The notes beneath the pieces were generated by a model. It worked only from the letters and a program-made list of their open reading frames with translations, searched no databases and was not told the DNA's origin. 64,000 nucleotides of DNA from positions 1 through 64,000 of the forward strand of contig JBKAGE010000082.1 in the NCBI GenBank assembly GCA_046290225.1, read 5' to 3'. A program made the position numbers and the translations under genes. Below, piece after piece: positions 1-9,939 of the stretch. Origin of the DNA: Bradymonadia bacterium (lineage in GTDB: Bacteria > Myxococcota_A > Bradymonadia > UBA7976 > UBA1532). The stretch's first letter is position 1, and every line of letters begins with the position of its first letter.

Positions 1-2
1 CT

Positions 3-890
3 GAATGGGTCCTCGCCCTTTGGGTCTGCGTAGTCGTAGCTGAAGTAGTTCACCATCTCTTCGATGCGCACCGCGTCCTTCGGCGGCATCTGGCTGCGAT
101 CCAGGAACCGCCGCATGTTTGCATACGAGGCTGTGTCCACGTCGATGGAGAAAGTGCTCAGCGCATCTACGGAGGTCGCCTTGAACGGGTTGTCCGTGAT
201 TTTGTCGTAGGCCTCGCGGTTCATGTCACCACCAGCATCTGCAGTGATGAGGCCACTGCGGTTGCCCAGCGGGCGGCGCGGGGCTGGGCGAGACGGCCTG
301 CGGTAGGCGCGGGCGACCCCCTTGGCGGCCTTGCGCTTCACCTTGATGCCTCGACCATAGCCAGAACCAGAGCCGCCGCCCCCGACACCCATACCCCGAG
401 TGCCCAGACCGCCCAGGCCCACCCGGCCCCGGCGGGTGCGTCGGCGCGACTTGCCGTTGCCTCGAGCCTCCATCTCCTTGGGCGGCGGCGTAGAGGCAGC
501 CACAGGTGAAGGATCAGCAGAGGGCTTGGGTGCGTTGCTGCGCATCTTGAAGCTGACGGTGGTGACCTGCCCAGCGGAGACCTTCACGCCAGATCGCTTG
601 GTGGCTCTGTAGCCCTGCTTCACGGCCTTGACGGTGTACGTACCGGGTTTGACCTGCACGCTGTAGCGGCCATCAGCGCCGGTGGTGGCGCTGGTGTTGG
701 TGGGCCCGCTCACTTTGATGGAGACCCCGGCGAGGGCTTTGCCGTTGGCGGTGATCTGCCCACGGATGGCGCCGTCTTTGGTGCCTCCGTCAGCATACCC
801 CAGGCCAAAGGCCAGGCAGAGAACAGCGCCGACGACGGCGGTGATGCGGGTGACTCGCCCCATAAGTCTCGGGGCGTTTTGCTGGCGCAT
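3..890 (-). CDS. YfbK-like von Willebrand factor A domain protein with N-terminal carboxypeptidase-regulatory-like domain (partial, runs off the left edge)
   Basis: Not in the ORF track; translated by hand from ATG 890 after a GAGGAG RBS. It has a signal peptide, then GAIRGQITANGKALAGVSIKV...DGRYSVQVKPGTYTV, then YDKITDNPF...LSTFSIDVDTASYANMRRFL...AVRIEEMVNYFSYDY, which is typical of YfbK/vWA proteins. Confidence 0.88.
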   Translation of the reverse strand, partial: MRQQNAPRLMGRVTRITAVVGAVLCLAFGLGYADGGTKDGAIRGQITANGKALAGVSIKVSGPTNTSATTGADGRYSVQVKPGTYTVKAVKQGYRATKRSGVKVSAGQVTTVSFKMRSNAPKPSADPSPVAASTPPPKEMEARGNGKSRRRTRRGRVGLGGLGTRGMGVGGGGSGSGYGRGIKVKRKAAKGVARAYRRPSRPAPRRPLGNRSGLITADAGGDMNREAYDKITDNPFKATSVDALSTFSIDVDTASYANMRRFLDRSQMPPKDAVRIEEMVNYFSYDYADPKGEDPF

Positions 891-1053
891 GGGTCTCCTC
901 CTCAGAGTATCGCGGCTCAGTCACTGTACGTCAGTGAGACAGCGAAGATCTGATTTGGTGCCCGCAAATCGCATCTTCCCGGTCTCGGCTACACGATGTG
1001 AGCCGACTACGCACAATGAGCAGGCAGGTGTACGCGCCGCGGTGACGGATGCT

Positions 1054-1617
1054 TCAAGTGGTCATCGACATCAACAACGTCTGCAGCTCTTCATCGCTGA
1101 GACGCTCGCGGCCCTCGGCATAGTTGGCGGCCATCTGCTGGTAGAGCCGGGCGTTGAACAGGTTCCGCTTCGAGTGATCTCGCTCACCCACTTGTTTGGC
1201 GGGCACGCCAGCGATGATGGAGTTGTCAGGGAACACGGCGTTCTCGGTGACAATGGCGTGGCCAGCGACGACACTGTTCGAGCCGATGACCGCGCCGTCC
1301 ATGATGGTGGCGTTGATGCCCACGAGCACACGATCACCGATGGTGCACCCGTGCAGCGTGGCGTGATGGGCGATGGAGCAATCCTCACCGACGACGGTGG
1401 GCGTGAACGCCCCGACGTGCACCATCACGAAGTCCTGAATGTTGGTCCGGGCGCCGATTTTGATCTCGTGCATCTCGGCCCGCATGACGGCGTGGGGGAA
1501 CACGGAGACGCCATCGGCGAGGGTGACCCGGCCATAGAGCAACGCAGTGGGGTGGATGAACGCGACGTCGCCGAGCTCGATGTCGGGGCCGATGTGGGGC
1601 TGTGCTGTGTCACTCAT
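1054..1617 (-). CDS. Gamma carbonic anhydrase family protein (YrdA/PaaY-like, left-handed beta-helix)
   Basis: IKIGARTNIQD..MVH, IAHHATLHGCTIGD.VLVGINATIMDGAVIG and IAGVPAKQ motifs. Confidence 0.9.
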   Translation of the reverse strand: MSDTAQPHIGPDIELGDVAFIHPTALLYGRVTLADGVSVFPHAVMRAEMHEIKIGARTNIQDFVMVHVGAFTPTVVGEDCSIAHHATLHGCTIGDRVLVGINATIMDGAVIGSNSVVAGHAIVTENAVFPDNSIIAGVPAKQVGERDHSKRNLFNARLYQQMAANYAEGRERLSDEELQTLLMSMTT

Positions 1618-1650
1618 GTGAGTCTCCTACTGCAGCTCTGGGTCGTCCGC

Positions 1651-2379
1651 TCAACGCCGCATCAACTTCCAACGCACCCGGGCCACATCGCGCAGCATCT
1701 TCGCCGAGTCTTTGATGGGCGACACCCGGGAGTGTGGCGCGTTGTACCAGACCACGGGCACCTCTTTGACGATGAAGCGCTCTTTGGCGAGCAGCAGCAG
1801 CTCCACGTCGAAGGCAAAGCCGTCGATCTGCGCCGCGCCGAAGAGAGCAGAGGCCGCTTCGGCGGTGAAGCCCTTGAAGCCACACTGTGTGTCTTTGAAG
1901 CCCCCCATGACCGTGCTGCGCAGGATCAAGTTGAAGGTGCGGCCCATCATCTCCCGGGCGATGTGCTGCCGCTGCCTGATCTCGGACTCGGGCAGGCCGC
2001 GAGATCCCATGACCATGTCGGCGCCCCGCTGCAGGTGAAACAGCAGCTTCTCCACCTCTTCGATGGGGGTGGACCCGTCGGCGTCGGTGAAGACCACGTA
2101 ATCGCCACGGGCGGAGAGCATGCCCGTGCGCACGGCGTGCCCCTTGCCCCGGTTCGGGGTGTACCTGATCACCCGCAGGTGGGGCTTGCCCTGGAACATG
2201 CCCGCCACCACCTCTGCGGTCTCGTCGCTCGAACCATCATCGACGACGATGACCTCGTGACTGGGCACGTGGGCGTCGAGGTAATCGAGGGTGTTGCGCA
2301 ACGACACGCCGATGCGCGCGGCCTCGTTGTACGCGGGGATTACGATGGAGAGGGTCTGGTCGGGGGGCAGAATCGGCAT
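1651..2379 (-). CDS. GT2 glycosyltransferase, dolichyl-phosphate beta-glucosyltransferase-like
   Basis: SIVIPAYNE, VVDDGSSD, NRGKGHAVRTG, FTDAD, DTQCGFK and FAFDVELL motifs. Confidence 0.92.
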   Translation of the reverse strand: MPILPPDQTLSIVIPAYNEAARIGVSLRNTLDYLDAHVPSHEVIVVDDGSSDETAEVVAGMFQGKPHLRVIRYTPNRGKGHAVRTGMLSARGDYVVFTDADGSTPIEEVEKLLFHLQRGADMVMGSRGLPESEIRQRQHIAREMMGRTFNLILRSTVMGGFKDTQCGFKGFTAEAASALFGAAQIDGFAFDVELLLLAKERFIVKEVPVVWYNAPHSRVSPIKDSAKMLRDVARVRWKLMRR

Positions 2380-2421
2380 GCGGGGGTTTTAGGGATTACC
2401 CCCGCTGATGGCAAGGGGGCG

Positions 2422-2931
2422 CTACTTGAACTTGCGCCCCAGCGAGGTGATGCAGCTGGGCATCGCATCGTCGTCATTGGCCAACTCGGCGACGATGATG
2501 CGATAGCAGCTCGCGGTCTCGGCACGCACAGCGGTCTTCACGCTGTTGTAGGTCTTCTTTTTCTTGTTGAGCAGCTTGTTGATGGCCTTCTTGACCGACC
2601 GCTTGGCCATGTATTTGAGAGCGGCCTTGAGGACTGCAGGTGCACCACCGGTCATGCCCTTGGCGTAGAGCTTCGCGAGATCCTGAGGTTTGGGCACCCA
2701 ATCCATGGCGCTGTTCCCATGCTGGATGTGGCCCATGATGACCGCGGCGAAGCCGACCACGGCGTCATTGCAGCCGCGAATCTGGTTGTTGCCGGTCTTG
2801 TCGGGGTACAGCCAGACGAGGACCTTATGGGCGTTGAGGCAGGCTTTGTCCTGCTCACCGGCGCTGGCGGTACTCAAGGTGCCAAGTGTCATCAGCAAGG
2901 TGGTGATGGCGATGATGCTCAAGCGCTTCAT
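2422..2931 (-). CDS. Hypothetical secreted Lys-rich protein
   Basis: Start re-placed at MKRLSII (ATG 2931, GGAG upstream); signal peptide ending ASA; four Cys. Confidence 0.7.
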   Translation of the reverse strand: MKRLSIIAITTLLMTLGTLSTASAGEQDKACLNAHKVLVWLYPDKTGNNQIRGCNDAVVGFAAVIMGHIQHGNSAMDWVPKPQDLAKLYAKGMTGGAPAVLKAALKYMAKRSVKKAINKLLNKKKKTYNSVKTAVRAETASCYRIIVAELANDDDAMPSCITSLGRKFK

Positions 2932-3077
2932 GGGTGACTCCTCCCCTTCTCGTGTACGGGGCACGCGAGTGAAGAGGTGCCCCATGGTTGGGGCTCGGCA
3001 TGGATATGGGCTGGCTTGAGTGGTGGGCTGTGATGAAGGAGGCCTATGTATTCATGGCCCATTCGCTGGGGCCTCAC

Positions 3078-4703
3078 TCAGGACGCATACCAATAAGTCG
3101 CGAGTAAAGCCCTCATCTCAGTACTGATGTTCAGATTTTTCAGATCAATGCCTGAGAACCCCCCACAGCGGAGCGCTTGTCGGATGTGATCCATGAACAG
3201 GTGTCTCTCTTCGGCGAAGATGACCAATGGGTCGACTGAAGGGGTGTGCATCGAGAACCCGTAACCACCACCGCCGCTGACGTTCGCTTTGTGTGAGAGA
3301 TCGGGGGCAAACTCATAGATGAACGGCCCATGCAGGTCGAAGCCATCGTGTTCGACCGCGTCGCGCCAATTCTCCAGTGCATGTCTGAGGTACTCTGGTG
3401 TCATCTCGAAGACGAACGGATCAGCATAGACGAGGCTGCCATCATCATCGTACTCGGAGCGCATGGGCGGCCAATCGGGATGGCTTCCCATAAGGTTCAC
3501 ATTGCCCACGACTGAGCAGAACGCCTCCACGGACAAGGGCACATACAGCCCTTGCTCACGTGCGTACTCGAGCATCTCCTCGACCCACGGGCCCGGCAGC
3601 AGCCGGATACTTTCTAGATCTTGGAAGACGTAATCCTCTTTGACGAGCTGTTCGACGATGGCATCTATGCCTCGCCTCAACACCCACATCTCCTCTTTGA
3701 GCGTCTTGAGCATACTCTTACGCTGCTCTTGCGCTGTATCTCTGTGAGACCTTGCAGGGCGGTATGACCACCGCTTGCAACCGCCTTCCTCGATACGTTC
3801 CCACCCCAATGACCTGCCGCCGTGACACAGCGCCGCGACGATCTCCACCGAGTCCACCAGCCTCGGGCCTGGGCGATTGAAATATGCGTCGCCATCCACC
3901 GCCCACAACTGAGCCGACTGCACCGCAGGCCATGCATCCGTCTCTGCAGGACGATCCATCGTGTCCCAGTCACTGGCCGCGCGATTGGGCTTCAGGCCGC
4001 AGGGCAGCAACATCACCACCTCGGCCTCAGCACCCAGCGGCAACACCTCGTCCCAGCCCGTGGCCCGGGCAGGGCCGGGGGTCGATCCCAGCGAGACGCC
4101 GCCCCCACGACGGATGAGATCGGGAATCCAGTGGCCCGCGGGCATCGGTGGGTCTAGCCACTCCAGCGCCAGAACAGGCACCGGCGGTCGATCCGCCACG
4201 GCCTCGGCCACACGATCCAATCGTTGCTGTAAACTGGCCACCACCTTCCGGGCCTCGTCGACGCGCCCGCACGCCTCGCCGATGCGCACGATGTCGTCGA
4301 AGACGTCGCCGAGAGATTGCGGGTTCGTGTCCACCACCACTGTGCTCGTCGGGCAGCTGCGACGCACAGCCTCGGCGACTTGTACATAGGGCACCGCGCA
4401 CACCTCGCACTGAGATTGAGTGATCACCACGTCGGGCCGCAGCGCCCCGAGGACCTCTTCGTCCACAGTGTAAAGCGGCGCGCCTCGGGCCATCAGCTCG
4501 CCCACCTGGCGGTGGATCTCATCTTGGGGCAGCGACGGGTCGATCACCGTGCGGGTCAAGCGCTGGGGCGGGCCACCAGGGCGCTCTGGGTGGAACAGTG
4601 ACGTGGGGAAATTGCATTCGTGGCCCACCCCGACGAGGGCGTGCTCGAGACCCAGCACACACACCATCTCGGTGGCCGCAGGTAGAAGACTGACGATGCG
4701 CAT
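3078..4703 (-). CDS. Cobalamin/iron-siderophore ABC periplasmic binding protein (BtuF-like) fused in frame to a ~210-aa unrelated C-terminal domain
   Basis: MRIVSLLPAATEMV..LG...LVGVGHECNFP, ITQSQCEVCAV, LEWLDPPMPAGHWIP and YFNRPGPRLVDSVEI motifs. The ORF continues with no stop into a domain carrying APDLSHKANVSGGGGY. Confidence 0.8.
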   Translation of the reverse strand: MRIVSLLPAATEMVCVLGLEHALVGVGHECNFPTSLFHPERPGGPPQRLTRTVIDPSLPQDEIHRQVGELMARGAPLYTVDEEVLGALRPDVVITQSQCEVCAVPYVQVAEAVRRSCPTSTVVVDTNPQSLGDVFDDIVRIGEACGRVDEARKVVASLQQRLDRVAEAVADRPPVPVLALEWLDPPMPAGHWIPDLIRRGGGVSLGSTPGPARATGWDEVLPLGAEAEVVMLLPCGLKPNRAASDWDTMDRPAETDAWPAVQSAQLWAVDGDAYFNRPGPRLVDSVEIVAALCHGGRSLGWERIEEGGCKRWSYRPARSHRDTAQEQRKSMLKTLKEEMWVLRRGIDAIVEQLVKEDYVFQDLESIRLLPGPWVEEMLEYAREQGLYVPLSVEAFCSVVGNVNLMGSHPDWPPMRSEYDDDGSLVYADPFVFEMTPEYLRHALENWRDAVEHDGFDLHGPFIYEFAPDLSHKANVSGGGGYGFSMHTPSVDPLVIFAEERHLFMDHIRQALRCGGFSGIDLKNLNISTEMRALLATYWYAS

Positions 4704-4817
4704 TGACGCTGGCCCCCTCACCGCTCGACGAGTACAGCGGTGAACACGTTGGTTCAATTCGGGTTTTGCTCTAAACTGCGGCCTGTCTCACACGCTCTTG
4801 CGCCAGGAGGAGGACAC

Positions 4818-5321
4818 ATGAAGACCGTGGACGTCCCCCAAGCGAACAACCTGTCCACCGTTCGTCGGGTGGTGCAGGCCGTGGCCCGGGGGGCCGAAGA
4901 CGCCTTCGGCATCGCAGAGTACACCGGGTACTCCCTGCGCCACACCCGCTACCGTCTGCACGCCGCGAGGGTGCTGCAGCTGCTCTCTCTGAGCAAGGAA
5001 GACGTACTGGCGGTCACCGCCCTGGGCGACCGCCTGCTGCAGACCGATGCCGAGTCTTCTCGCGAGCGTGAGATCTTCGCGCTGTCGATCGAGTCGAGCC
5101 CCGCCATGCGCGACCTCGCGCCAGAGCTGCTGGCCCCGAAGGCCCCCTCTGTGGAAGCTCTGGCAGAGCACCTCTACCATCGCGCGCGCCTCGGCCGCTC
5201 CACCGCCCTACGTCGAGCCAGCGGTTTGCTCACATGGCGTCGGCGGGTGCTCAACGAGTCGATGCCCGTGGCGGCGCCGCCTCCACCCGTACGTGCGGGT
5301 GAGCAGCTCACGCTGTTCTGA
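4818..5321 (+). CDS. Putative winged-helix DNA-binding protein (resembles DUF7226-type domains associated with restriction systems)
   Basis: Strong AGGAGG RBS; VPQAN.L..V...V, YSLRHTRYRLHAARVLQL and STALRRASGLLTW pattern. Confidence 0.55.
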   Translation: MKTVDVPQANNLSTVRRVVQAVARGAEDAFGIAEYTGYSLRHTRYRLHAARVLQLLSLSKEDVLAVTALGDRLLQTDAESSREREIFALSIESSPAMRDLAPELLAPKAPSVEALAEHLYHRARLGRSTALRRASGLLTWRRRVLNESMPVAAPPPPVRAGEQLTLF

Positions 5322-5417
5322 CAGCACGACATATGCCTGCGGTCAGTGAATCTTTTGAGCGAAACCGACCAATGCGCCGAAGATAGAGACCGCCCCCTTG
5401 AACGACCGGGAGACGAC

Positions 5418-6530
5418 ATGGCCCACCGCCTGCCCCTCATCACCGCGCTGCTCCTCGCCTCTGCTGGCTGTGGTGACGAGTCCTCCCCTGCAGATGGGGC
5501 CAATGGGGGCGCCTGCCGGCTCTCGAACCCGCAGTGTGACTCAGGCCTGGTCTGTAGCTTTGGTACCTGCTCCCCCGGGACACCCGAAGACAACGGCCGC
5601 ACCGCACAAGATACGACGATCACCATGACGCTGAGCAAAACCACGCTCAACGCCGATGGGGCTGATCGCATCACGTTGCAGGTGCTCGCCCAGGATCGCA
5701 ACACCTTCGAGCCCCTCGAGGGCGAGGAGCTGGTCATCTCGGCGAACCCCAGCTCTGGCGCTGTGGTGGTCCCCGGCCGCGCCGTGCTCATCGATGGCCG
5801 CGCCACCTTCGAGCTGGTGGCATGTGATCCGACGTTGAACCGCTGCCCCGAGCAGTTCCTGATCCACGCGTCTTTTGCCGAGAAGCCCCTCGACGTGGTG
5901 GCGACGACTGATGCGATCACGTTGATCGACCCCAACGCCCCAGAGCCTGATCCCGAGCAGCCTGATCCAGCGGATGATTTCCTGCCGACATCGATCCCTG
6001 CAGACTCGGCGTGTCAGAACACGACCATCAACGACCCACTCTGGCTCAGCTTGGAGAGCGGCGCTGATCCGACCTTTGCCTCGGGCTTCGCCATCTCCGC
6101 GGCAGAGGCCCTGGCCCTGAGCGAGGCCCAGAACAGCGTCGACCTCCTGTTCGGCGGCACAGGGCCGAACAGCGAGAACTTCTCGGCGGTCCTCAGGCTT
6201 GTGGCGGCTGAGGGTTTGCTCAGCGACGTGGGCAACTATGTGCTCTTCGATCGCGACGAGGTGCTCGAGCCTCCGGCAGATGCTCCAGGGTATGGCTCAC
6301 TGGAGCTCGAGATCGCCGGCTCGACGGATGTGGCCTGTCTGACCTCTCGAGGCTTCGAAGGTCAGAGCGCGCTGTACCTGCTCTCGACGGAGCAACCCCC
6401 GGTGAATCGGGTCCGGCGAGCGCTGGTGGAGTTCGAGGGGGTCTGCGATGACGCCAATGGTATCCGCTACGTCTTCTCGGGCTGTCTGAACTACGACATC
6501 AACCAGGATCCACGCTTCACCGCCCCCTGA
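5418..6530 (+). CDS. Lipoprotein with Cys-rich segment and Ig-like (invasin/Big-1-like) domain
   Basis: Lipobox-like LASAGC; LSKTTLNADGADRITLQV resembles the start of a Big_1 domain. Confidence 0.7.
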   Translation: MAHRLPLITALLLASAGCGDESSPADGANGGACRLSNPQCDSGLVCSFGTCSPGTPEDNGRTAQDTTITMTLSKTTLNADGADRITLQVLAQDRNTFEPLEGEELVISANPSSGAVVVPGRAVLIDGRATFELVACDPTLNRCPEQFLIHASFAEKPLDVVATTDAITLIDPNAPEPDPEQPDPADDFLPTSIPADSACQNTTINDPLWLSLESGADPTFASGFAISAAEALALSEAQNSVDLLFGGTGPNSENFSAVLRLVAAEGLLSDVGNYVLFDRDEVLEPPADAPGYGSLELEIAGSTDVACLTSRGFEGQSALYLLSTEQPPVNRVRRALVEFEGVCDDANGIRYVFSGCLNYDINQDPRFTAP

Positions 6531-6581
6531 TCGAGCCACGCCCGTGTGGAGCCTAAAGGCCCACCGTTGTGTGAGGACCTC

Positions 6582-7298
6582 TTACTGCTCGACGATCTGG
6601 TAGACCTGCACAGCGTCGCCCTCGAAGGCCACGTCACCCACCATCACTGTGGGCTCACCGACACCACCATCGGCGCACCGGTGACCAGTTGCACTGGCCT
6701 GGAAGAACAGCTCGAGCTCGAGAGTACTGCCGTCAGCAGCAATACGGCCGCGGCCTTCCTGAGCAAAACCGACGTAGGTGATGTCGAAGTCGAAACACTC
6801 ACCATTGCCTTCGATGTTGCTGATGCTGTGGCCGGTGCTGTCGAACATGAGCATGTTGCTGACGGCGTCGCGATCACAGGTGCCCACCTGGCCCTGCTCA
6901 GGGGCATCGTTGAGGGTGCCGAGGTTGCTGCTCACCTGGAAGATGCCACCACCGAGCACCATCTGGGTGCGGTTGTAGCACTGGGTGGCCTGACCAGCGT
7001 TGAAATTCTCGTCGAAGCCATTGGGATGGCTGGGGATGTCGTCCCCTTCCATGACGAGGGCCTTACCCTCGATGAAGGCGTCGATGGCCGCCTGGCTGGT
7101 GAACATGTTGCCCATGGTCTCACCACCAGCGCCGGCTTCTCCACCGCCGGCTCCAGCCTCACCACCACCGGCCCCACCGGCCATGCCCCCGGCACCAGCA
7201 GCGCCGCTGTCATCATCGTCATCGCTGTCACAACCGCCAAAGGCCAGGGCGGCGCCCAAGAGGGCGCAGAGGGTGAGCGAGCGGGTCTGGAGCTTCAT
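6582..7298 (-). CDS. Hypothetical lipoprotein with Gly/Ala/Glu linker
   Basis: MKLQTR start with AAGGGAG RBS; LAFGGC lipobox; DDDDD and GGEAGA repeats. Confidence 0.75.
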   Translation of the reverse strand: MKLQTRSLTLCALLGAALAFGGCDSDDDDDSGAAGAGGMAGGAGGGEAGAGGGEAGAGGETMGNMFTSQAAIDAFIEGKALVMEGDDIPSHPNGFDENFNAGQATQCYNRTQMVLGGGIFQVSSNLGTLNDAPEQGQVGTCDRDAVSNMLMFDSTGHSISNIEGNGECFDFDITYVGFAQEGRGRIAADGSTLELELFFQASATGHRCADGGVGEPTVMVGDVAFEGDAVQVYQIVEQ

Positions 7299-7528
7299 CG
7301 AATTTCTCCCTTTTCGACGTCTGTACAACAACTCGACGCAGTGGTGCGCCACGTTCACAATGCTGCTACGCAACGTGCACATTGTTGAAAAGCTTTAGTT
7401 GGAGTCAATGTAGATGTGGTGCAAATGCACAATTTTCTACATGGGGCGCCTGACGGCTGAGAGGGTGAAGCACCAGAATCGTGCAGAGGCGCACACACGT
7501 GCGCTGTCGTCAGAGGGTCACACCGCGA

Positions 7529-9643
7529 TCAGAGGACCCGGCGACGCAGCAGGCCCAGCAACACCACCAGGCCGAACAGTGAGCCACCTGCACCGCTGTT
7601 GTTGCAGCCATCATCAGCGGTGCGAATCGTCGGACCATCAGCGCTCGGCGGATCATCTTCGTCGATCTCACCCGTGATGCCCCCCATGGGCGAGGGGCCC
7701 TCCATCTCGCCGCCAGCACCGCCCATCGGCGGGCTCACGTCACCGCCCGTACCACCCGCTCCGCCACTGCCGCCGACCATGACGCCGCCGGCGCCACCCT
7801 CACCACCAGCACCGCCCATCGGAGGCGGCGGCGGAGGCTCTGGGCGCTCGAAGTCGCTGCAGTCAGGCATCTCGCCGCCAGGGATGTTCGACGGATCTGC
7901 GTACCACTCGCCATCTGCTGACTGATAAAGGGTGAAGGGCTCGAAGGCCCCGTACAGCTCTTCGAGTTCGTCGTAGGTGGCGTCGGCCACCCGCAATTGG
8001 AAACCCTCGCGGGTCATGCGGGTGATGTGTTGCCAGAGGGTGCCCTCGGCCTCGTCCACAATGCCACCCGTGGACACTGCGAGCACCTCGCCCCACTCCA
8101 CCTCGTCGGTGAGACCCCCTGCATCGGTGGCCTTCACCACAGGCAGATAACAGCCCACCTCAAGATCACAGATCTCCACCTGCCAGAGGCTGTCGATGAT
8201 CTCTACCTCAGCGGCGTCGACCTCTACGCCCATCGTGGCCAACACCGCCATCGACGCCGTCGCGCCGTCCACATCATCTACGAGGGTACCTTCTGCGCGT
8301 ATGCACCCAGCAACGGCCTGAGCCTGGGTGATGCTCACAGTGGGCGCCTCGTTGTCCGCGGGGGCCGCGAGGTTGATCGGGGCACCGCGGCTCGCCGGAG
8401 ATCGATCACCATCGACGTCAATGGCCACTGCCACAGGGACATAGGTGGCGCCGGCGTCGAGACCGGTGAAGCTGGCGCTGAACGATCCAGCACCGTCGAC
8501 GGGGACCTGCTGAGCGGTCCCGCCTGGGCCCTCGAGAGTGATCTCCACCGTCACGATGCGCCCTGCGGGCGTGGCGCGGCCCTCGACGCGGATCCCCTCG
8601 GGAATGGCCCGGCCGCTGATCTGCGCCACTGAGGGCGCAGCTGGCGGAGGCGGCTCGAGGCCACCCCCGTCGACGCGGCGATTGTTCTCGCTGAAGAACT
8701 GCACGAGGTAGGCGGCATAGTCGACCCCACGGCCCTCGACGAAGCCTCCGAAACCGCCGTTGCCGTTCCCCGCAGGCCAGGCGTGGTTGGCCCCGGTCAT
8801 CTGCAACAGAGTGACCCTCGGGCCGCTGTTGTCCGACCAGATGGTCCCCTGGCCCGCGGCGCCCTCACCCGGCAATGCGCCCACGTCGAACTGACCTTGC
8901 TGCAGCGCACCACCGCCGTCAGCGTAGATGCTGGCGAAAGCCCCGGCGTTGATGGGGCCATAGCCTTGGGCCACCACGGCATCCTGGGTGCCGTAGGCGA
9001 TGCTCGCGAGTTGGGTGCGGAAGTCGTCGGCGAACTGACCAGCGAAGTTGCGACAGGTGCTGGCCACAGAGTCGGGCGTGCCCGAGGCCGCGGCGATCTG
9101 TGCGATGCCAGTGCCCGGTGCTGGACCAGCCACCGAGCTGACGCCGGCGATGACATCGGGGGCGAGGCAACCGAGGAGCATGGCTTGAGTGGCACCAGAA
9201 GACAGCCCACTCACGTACACCTGTCGCGGATCGATGCCCAGGCTGGCGTCGCCGAGCAGCGCATCGATCATCGAGAGCAGCGGGCCGGTGTGCTTACCCT
9301 GGCGGGTGTGAAAGCCGTCGTAGTAGTCCCAGCACTGGGCCACGACGCCGCCATTGGGCACGAAGGGGATGGCCATGACCACGCCATATTCTTCAGCGCT
9401 GTCCCAAGACCCTTGATCCCTCAGAGCGTCAGGGGATTGAGAACACCCGTGCAGCACGATGAGCAGCCCGCGGCCGCTGCCGAGCCGACCCTGAGCTGCG
9501 GGGGCATAGACGTTGGCCCGCACGCCGCCCCATGTGTCGGTGGACCAGCCCTGGGCCCCTGCTTCGGTGGTGAGCATCAAGCCCAACGCCATCAGCCCCA
9601 GCCACCCGCTCGTCAAACGCCTCGCTCCGGGCGTTCTGCTCAT
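7529..9643 (-). CDS. Extracellular poly(3-hydroxybutyrate) depolymerase-family esterase with Ig-like domains and C-terminal MYXO-CTERM-like anchor
   Basis: Oxyanion-region LHGCSQ, CWDYY, lipase box GLSSG, ...HAWPAG; tail DDGCNNSGAGGSLFGLVVLLGLLRRR. Confidence 0.82.
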   Translation of the reverse strand: MSRTPGARRLTSGWLGLMALGLMLTTEAGAQGWSTDTWGGVRANVYAPAAQGRLGSGRGLLIVLHGCSQSPDALRDQGSWDSAEEYGVVMAIPFVPNGGVVAQCWDYYDGFHTRQGKHTGPLLSMIDALLGDASLGIDPRQVYVSGLSSGATQAMLLGCLAPDVIAGVSSVAGPAPGTGIAQIAAASGTPDSVASTCRNFAGQFADDFRTQLASIAYGTQDAVVAQGYGPINAGAFASIYADGGGALQQGQFDVGALPGEGAAGQGTIWSDNSGPRVTLLQMTGANHAWPAGNGNGGFGGFVEGRGVDYAAYLVQFFSENNRRVDGGGLEPPPPAAPSVAQISGRAIPEGIRVEGRATPAGRIVTVEITLEGPGGTAQQVPVDGAGSFSASFTGLDAGATYVPVAVAIDVDGDRSPASRGAPINLAAPADNEAPTVSITQAQAVAGCIRAEGTLVDDVDGATASMAVLATMGVEVDAAEVEIIDSLWQVEICDLEVGCYLPVVKATDAGGLTDEVEWGEVLAVSTGGIVDEAEGTLWQHITRMTREGFQLRVADATYDELEELYGAFEPFTLYQSADGEWYADPSNIPGGEMPDCSDFERPEPPPPPPMGGAGGEGGAGGVMVGGSGGAGGTGGDVSPPMGGAGGEMEGPSPMGGITGEIDEDDPPSADGPTIRTADDGCNNSGAGGSLFGLVVLLGLLRRRVL

Positions 9644-9939
9644 GGACGCTCTCCTTGGTCTCGTGTGGTGTGTGCCCACGCCGTATCTGCTCGGCGTACC
9701 GCCATACAGTGTGTGCACAGCGTGCTCGCATTGACAGCATCAAGCTAGGGAAACCTCTGATTCAAAACAATTTAAGTTTTGTGTGCATTGCAACATCGGC
9801 AAATGAAACGCCGAGCATGAGGTCGTGAAGATTTACACCATAACGCCTGTCAATCACCGTCTGTGCCGTGCCCACGTGAGATCATTCGCGCACCTCGAGC
9901 GTACGCATGGGCGTACGACATCTCGATGGGGTGCCTCTC

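Noticed and set aside
682..2937. 751-aa plus-strand ORF
   Set aside because: Antisense shadow of four recognisable minus-strand genes, as expected from GC-biased codon usage.
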